Source of the DNA: Chiloscyllium plagiosum
Lineage: Eukaryota
NCBI RefSeq assembly: GCF_004010195.1
Contig: NC_057756.1
Coordinates: 2,404,007 to 2,468,006 of the forward strand
Direction: 5' to 3'
Length of the DNA: 64,000 nt
Shown: piece by piece, positions 53,821-64,000 of the stretch
How the letters are laid out: each line of letters opens with the position of its first letter
Position numbering within the stretch: position 1 is the stretch's first letter
The notes under the pieces: model-generated
The model's input: only the letters and a program-made list of their open reading frames with translations
The model's database searches: none
What the model was told of the DNA's origin: nothing
Program-made: the position numbers and the translations under genes

Positions 53821-54279
53821 CAGGCAGTTGATATTCTCAATGACCACTTACAAAATTAAATTCTTTGAAAGATTTTCGATGGATTAAACATAGACATAAG
53901 GGCGGCAGGATCAAAAATAACTTCCAAACTGAATGAAAAATTGAGTGTCTGAAGGAACAATGACTGAACGTTTCTTCATTCATCCTTGTGCAATTGGCTG
54001 TTTCTACCTCGGTGCTGCATTAAATTACTGAAGACATGTAATTCTGCGCCAGCCAAGCAGCAAAGAATTGGTACAACTGATTCTATAATTTAGCCGGGAA
54101 TGTGCTAAAAAAAGAACTCTATGTCATGGCTGCAAAGTAAATAAAAATAAGAATGAATGCACACTGGTAATTAACGTCAGGACACTTGGTGTTTATCATC
54201 AGATGGAGCTCACATTTTGGTTTCATAAATTGGTATATTTTGAATATACGACCACAGCTTTTTTGCTTTTTAGATTAAT

Positions 54280-55110
54280 AAAATGGAGGCTGTGTAGAAA
54301 GAAAAAATCCCTGTGCATTATCTGATACCGTACAGATGTGGCAGGACCTGTAGCAATGAGAACATAAATAATCCACAAATGGCTGCTAATGGATTTAATG
54401 AATGGACAAAAGCTTTATAAGACTATGTGAAGGTGGGAAATTGCGAGGGCATGCAATTTTCTTGTAAGAAGTAAACGTCAGACAATTATTTATTTGAATA
54501 GAGACGTCTGTACAGTCAGAGGGACTTCTTAATACATTGGTAGATGAATATTACACAAAAATAGGCAATAGGAGGAGCAACTACAGTTGTGTTCGCTCTG
54601 CTGCCGAAAGAATGTTGTTAAACTACAAAGAGTGCAGAAAACATTCACAGGAATGTTCGTGAGACGGGAAGGATCGAGTTACTGTCAGAGGTTGAAAAGG
54701 CTGGGACTATTTTTCGTTGAGCGCTTGACGCTGAGGTTTTGACAAGTTGATGGTTTAGATAATCATGATGGAACACAAAACACGAATTAAGAGGCTTTTT
54801 CCAAAGTAACAGAGTCCAAAATTTACTTGACATTGATTTAAATGTTAAAATGTTTCTTTTTAAATGAGTGAAGGGGCAAATGTTTTCCATATAATATGGT
54901 GCATATGGGGAAGGAAATGCTGGAGGAAATTATAAAGGCGGATCCAAATGCATCTGAAATACATTTTAGACATTATTACTGATAGGAAAGCTTTAAAGGA
55001 TTATGGCCCTAGGGCAGACAAATGGTACTTGTCTAGTTTAGTAAAACCAGCTGGCATGGAGCAGTTTTTTTCCAAAAGGCCTGTTTCTGTATTGTATACG
55101 TCTATGACTA
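54280..55110 (+). mobile_element. Highly degenerate CR1 3' fragment
   Basis: Ends ggattatggccctagggcagacaaatggtac...ctgtattgtatacgtctatgact, similar to other CR1 tails in the window. Confidence 0.6.
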
Positions 55111-57551
55111 TAACTGACGCAGAAAATTGAAAATCCGTGAAGTGATGAATTGAGAAGGATTCAGACGTTCGCAATACTGGAGAATTGTTAAGAATTTGGA
55201 GATTGTTGTTGCCGGGAATACAATGATGTGATCCACAACTTGAAATCAATAGGCCCTCATTGGACCAAATTCACAATAAAGTCACTAGAATCATTATGTT
55301 AATGAAAATAAAACTGATCAAGAATAGCCAAAGACGTTCGTGCATTATACATAAACGTTTAGACAAATGAGGAATTGCCTTTTTGAAACATGCCTATTGC
55401 TGATTTCGGTGGCAAGAATTTCCTTTAATATGGATGTAGAAGAGTTCCGCTTGGAGGGTATCTTCAAACAAGAGGACAGATGTGCTGTAGATGTAATCAT
55501 GCTTTGAAAATTGATTTTAAATTGACTTTTCATATTCACAAGAAGTTGGGTATAACTGTATTGATCCACACCAGAAAAATTACGAGGAAGATATTTTTTC
55601 CGGATACAGCCGGTATAAAATTGCTTGAGTTACCAAAATAAAGATGACTATGGTATTTTGATAGGCAATTGGTGTTGAGGGCTTGCCAACCGAGTGTTTG
55701 ACCTATTCAAAGGTAGGGCAGCATTAAGAGGATGAATAGACTGCTCCTGCTTCTCGCGCTTACAGCAGTTATTTCTACCAGGTATGTTAATAGTTCAACT
55801 GTAAGAAAAACATAAATGAGACAGAATGAATAATATATAGCGAAACACAATGATACACCTGCTATTATATTATGGTTGAACGAAATGTTCATTTTTATTC
55901 GGTTTCTTCGAATTTGGGCAGACTTAAAAATGACAGATGTTGCACCACAAAATGCGCAGAATAAATAGAATATAACAGGTAATAAATTTTAACAATTTTT
56001 AAAGTGTAGCTTTGATAGACCATTATTAATATTTCTAATAGGTTCTGCCGTTAAATTCATCGTATGAACTGTACGAAAATTGTACTACCGTTGAGTACTT
56101 TTGAACATAAACGTAACAGTTTTTTTTTGTCGTTGCACAGAGGGACAGTCAATTGTAAAGTCTCCCAGATTGAAAGTGAAACATTCTGAAAGTCTTGGTC
56201 AATTCAATGCAGTTTGTTTCTCTAGCTGAAACGTCTACCGTGCAACAAATCCACGCAGATCAATATAGGGACAGGGATAGGGAGAAAGATAACAAACTCA
56301 TCTGCGTGATAAATATATATTTCTAATAAGCGAAGCTGAAACATCTGTGCTGGCAACAAACAATAATGATAACTTACCGCACTAATTCTGCAGAGCTGAG
56401 ACTTTTGAAAAAAAAATGTGTTACACTCCAGAATTGAAGTGACAGAGAAAGTGTGTGCTGTAATAGAATAAAGAATTAGAAAAGATTAGATAAACGAAAA
56501 ACAGCTGAAATTAAAATTTCTCTGCGAATAACCGTATGATAATAGCTAAACTTGTGCAATAATGGCTTAACACTGTGAGATTTTGATAATTTTGGAATTC
56601 TTGATGGAGCCTGAGAGGATGAATCTTTATCGAGAAACATCAGCTATTGTGATAATTTTTCTGCATACTAGAATTGGATTCAGTGGTAAAAAGGACAAGA
56701 TAATAGCAATGTTGTTCAACTGTTGAGCAGATATATACACATATTTTCAATATTACTTCATAGTACTGCCACTTGAATGTCTGGGTAACATTATAATTTT
56801 GGTTTATGTTGCCGTTTGGCACATGCCCAAGAGCAGGCATGTATGGATAAAAAACATTGAGCATCTACATCCCAGTAGGTTAATGCAATTTTGCAGGTGA
56901 AAATGCCACTGAGAAAATTGGTCTCTGAAATTGCTTTTATGAAGACATACAATAATAAAACAAATGATGTATTGTTTACCCTAATTTAACAATGTCGAAA
57001 TGTCTGTTGATTCCTCGCGTATATCAACAGGGATAGACTCCATAAAGGGGATCGATAAGTTATTCACAATGTGTTAAATGGAACATGCATATGGAGTAAA
57101 GGTATTTTATACTATACCAGCAAGAAATGCATATATGTAGAAACCAGAAGTAATTCACAAAATATTCAATCTGAGGATACATCTTGACAAACAGAGTGGA
57201 AAACTTTGTGTGTGGGGGGCGTCGGTGAAAGGGTGGAATGCAAGTGAGAGAGAGAGAGAGAGAGTGGAGACTACAGAGGAGAAGACAAAGCAGACGCTTA
57301 AAGATGGGGTTAGGAAGGTAAGGAGAAACAGAGACGAAAGTGCTGTAAGACAACGTATTTCGAATAAGGAGAAACAGAGATGAAATTGCTGTAAGACAAA
57401 GTATTTCGAAACAAGGCAGTCCAACATTATTGTTTCTGAATCATACTGGATACTTGAATCTGCGGGAAGATTTAATGTTAAATACTGCCGTGTTTGTACT
57501 GTAAATAGTTAGTTGAACTTGGAAACAAGTTATATAATTTGTCTCCTGCAG

Positions 57552-57572
57552 AACACAAGAAATGCAAAGAAG
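57552..57572 (+). CDS. 21-nt heptad micro-exon, type A, (E)HKKCKE
   Basis: atttgtctcctgcAG|AACACAAGAAATGCAAAGAAG|GTaagc; consensus splice sites. Confidence 0.88.
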
Positions 57573-58260
57573 GTAAGCGTTACACAAATTTTGATGACTA
57601 GCGAAGTGAATATTTCCTCAACTGTGATCAAAATTCATCCTCCAAGGCACGCCTCCGAATCACCATTAATTCTAGTTCTGGTCGTCATTTTAATTTAATA
57701 TTATTTAATGTAACTTCTGTCACACATCTCTGCCTGCGGCCCAAGACAGACACATGTTAAAAGATAGAACTGTTGTGGTTCTGTTCGCCGAGATGGGAGT
57801 TTGTATTGCAGATGTACTCGTTCATAGTATGACAAAAGCAGCTAGAGCCCGTGAAATGACGAAATTGTTGAAACGTTTCAGAAGAATCGCAGATGCCAGT
57901 GGGATGAGCATGTACTGGGCTCGAAAAAGTCTCAAGTCGATATCGGCTACTCCTCATGTCCTTGCCAGTTTGCGATCTCAAAACATTTGTAATGTAAAGG
58001 TTTCTATTTGTTGTGGGAGATCCCATTTCCAAGTACCAGCAAAGACAAGCAAAATGACGGAACTTCATAATGAATATATAAAGTTTTGTTGAGTTTCATT
58101 TTCATACAGTTCATTAAAACACGAAGAATGGGAAAATACATGTGTTTATTTTTTTCCTAAATCGCGACATTCAGTTCTATCTTTTTGAAAGTTTGTGAGA
58201 AGATTTGTAGCTCGGATGTTCGTTGTTGTGGTTCTGTTTGCCGAGATGGGATTTTGTGTT

Positions 58261-58300
58261 GCAGACGTTTCGTCCCCTGTCTAGGTGACATCCTCAGTGC
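58261..58300 (-). ncRNA. Minimal hammerhead motif, family 2
   Basis: gca-CTGAGGA-t-gtcacc-tagaca-ggggac-GAAAC-GTC-tgc; stem I gca/tgc, stem II gtc(a)cc/gg(g)gac. Confidence 0.75.
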
Positions 58301-58411
58301 TTGGGAGCCTCCTGTGAAGTGCTTCTGCGATGTTTCCTCCGGCATGTATGTTTGTCTCCACTATAAATGCCGGAGGAAACATCACAGAATCGCTTCACAG
58401 GAGTCTGCCAA

Positions 58412-58451
58412 GCACTGAGGATGTCACCTAGACAGAGAACGAAACGTCTGC
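58412..58451 (+). ncRNA. Minimal hammerhead motif, family 2, stem II disrupted
   Basis: gca-CTGAGGA-t-gtcacctagacagagaac-GAAAC-GTC-tgc. Confidence 0.6.
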
Positions 58452-59084
58452 AACACAAAATCCCAGCTCGGCAAACAGAACCACAACAACGAACATCCGA
58501 GCTACAAATCTTCTCACAAACTTTGAAAAAGATAGAACTGAATGTCGCGATTTGGGAAAAAAATAAACACATGTATTTTCCCATTCTTCGTTGTTTAACT
58601 GAACCGTATGAAAATGAAACTCAACAAAACTTTATATATTCATTATAAAGTTCCATCATTTTGCTTGTCTTTGCTGGTACTTGGAAATTGGATCGCCCAC
58701 AACAAATAGAAACCTTTACATTACAAATGTTTTGAGATTGCAAACTGGCAAGGACATGAGGAGTAGCCAATATCGACTTGAGATTTTTTCGAGCCCAGCA
58801 CATGCTCATCCCACTGACATCTGCGATTCTTCTGAAACTTTTCAACACTTTCGTTATTTCACGGGCTCTAGCTGCTTTTGCCATACTATGAACGAGTCCC
58901 ACCTTGATCTGTTCACAGCAGTATGGTGAAAAATGTCTCCCAGTCTTTCTGAAGAAAGAAGGCTGAACATATCTACATTCACGACCACCCTGCTCCACCA
59001 GATCGATCTTATTTAAATATTAAACAATTCGCTATTAAATACTCCAACTTTCTTCTGTTTAGAGATGTGGCCACGGGTACCTGC

Positions 59085-60345
59085 ATTGACCCCAGTTATA
59101 TCCATCTCTTTGCTGATTAACCGGCATATTCCTTGTTGCAGTTCTTCTATGACACTCAACTGCAGCTCAATAACGTAACTGGAACTGTTCTCCTCAAATA
59201 AATGGAATTAGAAATACATACCTGATTCATTTCCAATGTCCAACCCTCTTCCAGCTGCATTTGGTCCAGCTCTGACTCATTTTATCCCTGTCTCGAAATC
59301 ATAGTTTCCATAATTATCGATATACTGGATAGCACTACCCACCACACCACTACCATGACCTTGACTATGCATCTTGCTTCCTAGAAAGATTGTATTCCAT
59401 CTTCTCAGTTCGTCCATCTCTGGCTCATATTTTCCAATGATGTGAACTTTCTCAAGGGGTCGATCGAAATGTCCAACTATTTCCTCAACCCACGATTCCC
59501 CATCACTGTGCTTAACAGGTCTCTCAGCTGTGTTCAAGCCATCTCCTGCAAGTTGACCCTCAACCACTCTCTTACCTCCACAACAGTGATAGTGTCTTTT
59601 TCGTCCTGACATGACATATTTGGAGAAAGCACATCCGAAGTTTCTAAGTCAGCCTCATCCACACCACTGATCGTGCGAAATGTAAGCTCCTCCAGTTCGT
59701 TGTTTGCCTTCTACAGGTACCACTTCTGACAAGATACCATATTGTATACTTTCCAACATCTCCATTGCACTTTCCCTTACAATCGCAGAAGGTGTTCCAT
59801 CTGCCAGTTTTATTTTTCTCTCCGCAATATTCAAGGCCACAGACGTAACTTTGAGGGGAATAGCTGATTTATCAGAACTTCACTCAATCTGGTCAATTGT
59901 ATTTGCTGTTCATAGTTTGGTCTGTTCTACAGTGCAGAGACGAAGCACAGACTGGGCGACCACACTTCAGTCCAACAATGTTCCGCCTGTAACTATAACC
60001 CCAAGCTTCCGGTCCGTTGCCAATTCAACAGGCTACTGTTGTTTCACGCCAATAGAGTAGTATTGGGCTATCTGCAGTGCTCCAATGAAGTTCAGCACAA
60101 CGTGGACGCACATTCACTAAATCTCCATTCCTGAACACTTCCGTCTCCTGGACTGAATATCGATTTCAACATTTCTATATCTTCAGCACATTCACCGATT
60201 CCTTATCCCAAGCATGCATACCAAGATTTCTCATCAATTGGTTTGCTACGATAAGCAGTCAATTATCTGCCATTAATGGTCCATCTATTTCGTGCTATCC
60301 ATTATCCCAAGCTGACGCTTTCTCATTCATTTATCCGCCCAACTA
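59085..60345 (+). mobile_element. Old, degenerate Penelope-like element (RT to GIY-YIG)
   Basis: gtggccacgggtacctgcattgaccccagttat corresponds to the MGTRMGPSY region; colinear similarity to 36050-36965 and to the 46465 element. Confidence 0.65.
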
Positions 60346-61431
60346 CCTCTCTCTCTCTGTCTCTCTCACCAGATGTGGATTACAATACGGAGAGGGAGTG
60401 GGTGAGAACGAGTGACAGAGAGAGAGAGAGGTATCTCAACTGACAGCGAGACTGAAGCTCATCTATGAGGACTGAGATGGAAAAAGTATAAATACAAAGA
60501 GGGCTAGAGTGACGAATTTAGAAGTAAAGGATAATATGCAAGTGCACGTGTGTTCATCGAGATCAAGAGAGAAAGGGAGGGGCAAGAGACAGGAATTGTC
60601 GTGGACAGAGCTATTTATACACGGACAGACTCTTGCGAAAAGTGGTTAACGATGCCAAGGGTGAGAAATTTTAAAAAAAAAAGCACAAGTGTGAAAGTCA
60701 AATACAGAGATAACTGCAGTTCATAAAATAAACAACAAAAATATTGAAGGTTAGCAAAGCTGATGCTAACATGTTCTGATTAGGGCACGAGAGGAAAATA
60801 CAAGCTGGAACCTTCGAGTTTTGAATTTAAGTCACTAAAAGTGTGTGTGAGGGGGGGATGATATCTATAGCCACTATGTATTACAGGAAATATGGAAAAC
60901 AATCTCAACATTCATAACATTTAACACTGTCGTAACGCCTTTTGGATCAAAATCAATGCGAAGAAGTTGAATGGTGTAATTTAATTATGTGCTTGGTATG
61001 AAAACAAACAAAAAAGTCGTTGCATGTGGTCAGTTTGAACGAAACGCAGAAATGTCTGCAGAAACTCAGTAATGTGAAGTTTTAAGTAATCGTCAGTTGA
61101 CTGAAAATGCTGACTATACATAGATGCTGCCAGATTCGTTGAGTGTCTCGAGCAAGTTATGGTTTTAATCATTTGACACGATTAATAATGTGGCCAATAA
61201 TGAATATTCCTTCACTGTTGGTAACAGCATTCAGAAATATTTCTTCATGACAAAACAAAATGTTAACTTTAATATGGTATAGGGTAATTTATAGAATACT
61301 TAGTAGATGAGCAGATATGAGGAATAGAAATTAGTGATGTTTAAAAGAAAGTAGATGCAAATTAGTAACGATTTGCATCAAGCAAAGTCGATTGTAGAAA
61401 ATAAGCACTCTTATTATGTGTTGTCCTTCAG

Positions 61432-61452
61432 ATCTGGAAAAGGGAATATTTG
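61432..61452 (+). pseudogene. Decayed type-B micro-exon, (D)LEKGIF, donor GT changed to AT
   Basis: tgtccttcAG|ATCTGGAAAAGGGAATATTTG|ATagga versus caccttcAG|ATCTGGTGAAGGAACAAATAG|GTaggt at 9267. Confidence 0.6.
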
Positions 61453-61624
61453 ATAGGAAGATTGAAGAGAAAGAATGCATCGAGTTATTTTTATGTTTAA
61501 TTACCAATGGAAACAGTTAACTCTGGTCACGTGGATGGAAAATTTCTTCAAGTCTGTATGATGGCATACAGAAAAGCCCTTTTTGACAATATAAAGGAAA
61601 GCAAAACTTATTTTCTACCAGATA

Positions 61625-62365
61625 TGGAGTTGCCAGTGCTGGAACGGGGTGGATAAAGTTAAAGGTCACAAAACACCAGCTTACAGTCTAAAAGATTTAC
61701 GTGAAAGTAGAAGCCTATGGAGGTTTGCTCCTTTGTCAGGTAGCTAGCGGAGTAGGTGTTTAGGTCACAGAACATATAAGTAAAGGATCAAATTGTCATC
61801 AACAGATACAATATATTAGGCAAATCTAAACTGCTGTTAAGTATTTAGTCACTCAGAATGGCGAGACAGGTTTCAATTAATTAACACACAGATTTCAGAT
61901 TTTCTTTTCAGTCTCAGTGCTCAAGCACGTTCGGCCTCGGATTTTGGTTGAATGCCTTCCAAGGCGAACTTCAGAAAACACAAAAATGCAGAATCGTGCA
62001 GTCGAGGCTGATAACCAAGATCAGTACCAATTTGGACGCCCTCAAACGGGATGTTGGGTTTCTGTCGTACTTCAGGTGACCACACCATAGACTGCACTCT
62101 CACACCTACACTCACACGCACACGCATACACAAGCTCTCTTACATAAAAACACTGCCATACAAACCCTCTCTCTGACACACGCATTCTGTCACACCACAT
62201 TGACGTCCATACCACTCACTGGTTTAGATTTTTAGCACTGGTGCACACACTCACTCAAGCATGCTGACAGAGACCCTCACACACACATGCTCACTCCCTC
62301 AGCTACACGCACACACACATTTATAAGTTTATGGAGGGAATTTGCAATTAGCTTCATCGAGTCTT
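61625..62365. mobile_element. Possible third Penelope family terminal fragments with CA-rich tract, degenerate
   Basis: Decayed hammerhead-like segment on minus strand near 61710-61740 (cctgacaaaggagcaaacctccataggc); DALKRDVGF-like C-terminal motif at 62030-62065. Confidence 0.4.
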
Positions 62366-63625
62366 CGAGATATACAAAACGGCAACAGACCCTTTGGTCA
62401 AATCGTCAATGCCGACCAGATATCTCAAAATTATCTCTTCCCACTTTTCAAAAGCCATCCCATATCGCTCCAAACCCTTCTTATTCATTCACTCATCCAG
62501 ATGCTTTTAAACGTTGCAATTGTATCAGCCTCCACCACTTCGTCTGGCAGTTTGTTCCATGCTCACACGACCCTCTGTGAAAACGTCACCCCTCAGGTTG
62601 CTTTTATAACGTTCCATGCACCCTACGTGATTGCACTCCAGTTCTGGACACCTCCACCCCAGGGAAAATTCCTTGCCCATTTACCATATGCATGCCCTTC
62701 AGATTTCATTAACTTCTATTCGGTCACGCCTCAGCTTCTGAGCCTCCAGGGAAAACGGCCATAATCTATTCAAACTCTCCCGATAGTTCAAATCCTCCTA
62801 TCCTGGCACTATCCTTGTAAATCGTTTGGCAGAACATACTTCCGATCAGAAAAAGACAAGAATTGCACACAATATTCCAGAAGTGGCCGAATCAATATCC
62901 TGTACACCCTCAGCATGATCTCCTAACTACTTTACAAAATATACAGAACAACAAAGAAAAGCATACCAAATGCTTTCTTAACTGTACTATCTACTTGTGA
63001 CATTATTTTCAAGGAGGTATGAGCCTCACGCCAAGGTCTCTTTGATTAGCAACACTCCCGAGGACGTTATCATGAAGTGTATAAGGCATGCTAAGATTTG
63101 CTTACCCAAAACGAAATTTATCTGTATTAAACTCCATCTGCCACTACTTATCCCTTCTGTCTATCTAATCAAGATTACGTTACAATCTGAGTTAACCTTC
63201 TTCGTTGTTCACGATAGCTACAATTTTGGTGTCATCTGCAAACTTGCTATCTATACCGCTTCTGCTCCCATCCAAATCATTTGCGTAAATGATGGAAAGT
63301 AATTGACCCAGTACCAATCCTTGTGGCCCTCCATTGGTCACAGGCTTCCAGTCAGAAAAAACAACTCTCCACGACCACCCTCTGTCTTCTAACTTACAGC
63401 CAGTTATGTATCAAAATAGGCAGTTGTCCTTGCATTCTATGAGATCTAATCTTGCTAATCAGTCTCCCATGGGGAAACTTGTCAAACGCCTTATGGAAGT
63501 CCATTGAGATAGCGTCCACCACTCTTCCCTTATCAATCCTCTTTGTTACTTCTTCAAAAAACTCAATCAACTTCGTGAGACATGTTTTCCCATGCACAAC
63601 GCCAAGTTGACTATATCTAATCAGT

Positions 63626-63835
63626 GCTGAAAACGTGTTGCTGGAAAAGCGCAGCAGGTCAGGCAGCATCCAAGGAGCAATAGAATCGACGTTTCGGGCA
63701 TGAGCCCTTCTTCAGGCTCATGTCCGAAACGTCGATTCTCCTGCTCCTTGGATGCTGCCTGATCTGCTGCGCTTTTCTAGCAACACATTTTCAGCTCTGA
63801 TCGCCAGCATCTGCAGTCCTCACTTTCTCCTCGAA
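63626..63835. mobile_element. Penelope pLTR-derived fold-back hairpin insertion with 11-bp TSD, inside CR1
   Basis: Arms about 63626-63706 and 63715-63796; TSD atctaatcagt at 63615-63625 and 63836-63846. Confidence 0.92.
63688..63715 (-). ncRNA. Minimal hammerhead motif
   Basis: CTGAAGA-a-GGGC-tcat-GCCC-GAAAC-GTC; the plus strand carries only the 3' half (63715-63733). Confidence 0.8.
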
Positions 63836-64000
63836 ATCTAATCAGTCCTCGCCTTTCTAAATACATGAAAATTCCTGTCCCACAGGATTCATTCCAGCAA
63901 CTGGCCAGCCATCGACGTCAACCCCACTGGTTTATTGTTCCCTGATTTGTTCTTACCACTTGTCTTAAATATTAAAACCACGTCAGCCAACGTCCAGTCG

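Larger units (their letters stand above)
57816..58897. repeat. 1.08-kb imperfect palindrome (arms 57816-58349 and 58363-58897, 13-nt loop) centred on inverted Penelope family-2 pLTR ends
   Basis: Arms are reverse complements with scattered substitutions (mirrored ORFs 57754/58621 and 58157/58367 in the track); direct repeat aaaagatagaactg at 57759-57772 and 58527-58540. Confidence 0.95.
62366..64000 (-). mobile_element. CR1 ORF2 remnant (RT to 3' end), running off the window
   Basis: HGKTCLTKLIEFFEEVTKRIDKGRVVDAISMDFHKAFDKFPHGRL; FADDTK near 63225-63243. Confidence 0.92.

Noticed and set aside
57754..58998. Mirrored ORFs of 83-125 aa on both strands
   Set aside because: Produced by the palindrome; no recognisable domain and not conserved as open frames between arms.
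60720..60749. 30-nt phase-1 segment (V)HKINNKNIE ending GAAG|GTtagc
   Set aside because: Acceptor lacks a polypyrimidine tract.
1..64000. CRISPR arrays, rRNA, functional tRNA, prokaryotic operons
   Set aside because: None seen; the sequence is eukaryotic and the only tRNA-like segment (53738-53820) looks like a decayed SINE head.

Overview
AT-rich, repeat-dense vertebrate genomic DNA, not prokaryotic. The repeat set (CR1 LINEs, Penelope-like elements, Gmr1-type Gypsy LTR elements, HE1-like SINE heads) suggests a cartilaginous fish such as a shark; this is an inference. There are three assembly gaps (9320-9819, 27820-28319, 46905-47197). No intact long host ORF is present and nearly all ORF-track entries are TE remnants or noise. 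Two things are not explained by the ORF track. (1) A + strand series of homologous 21-nt, phase-1 micro-exons spans about 50 kb (8840, 9267, 16813, 21046, 52424, 57552, plus an 18-nt variant and decayed copies). Each encodes one heptad, as in butyrophilin/BG-type coiled-coil tails, so most of the window is probably intronic DNA of one gene. (2) About ten minimal hammerhead-ribozyme motifs lie in Penelope terminal repeats. Several sit in TSD-flanked fold-back hairpin insertions, including a 1.08-kb palindrome (57816-58897) that appears to have copied 370 bp of its own target flank in inverted orientation. TE boundaries are approximate unless a TSD is quoted.
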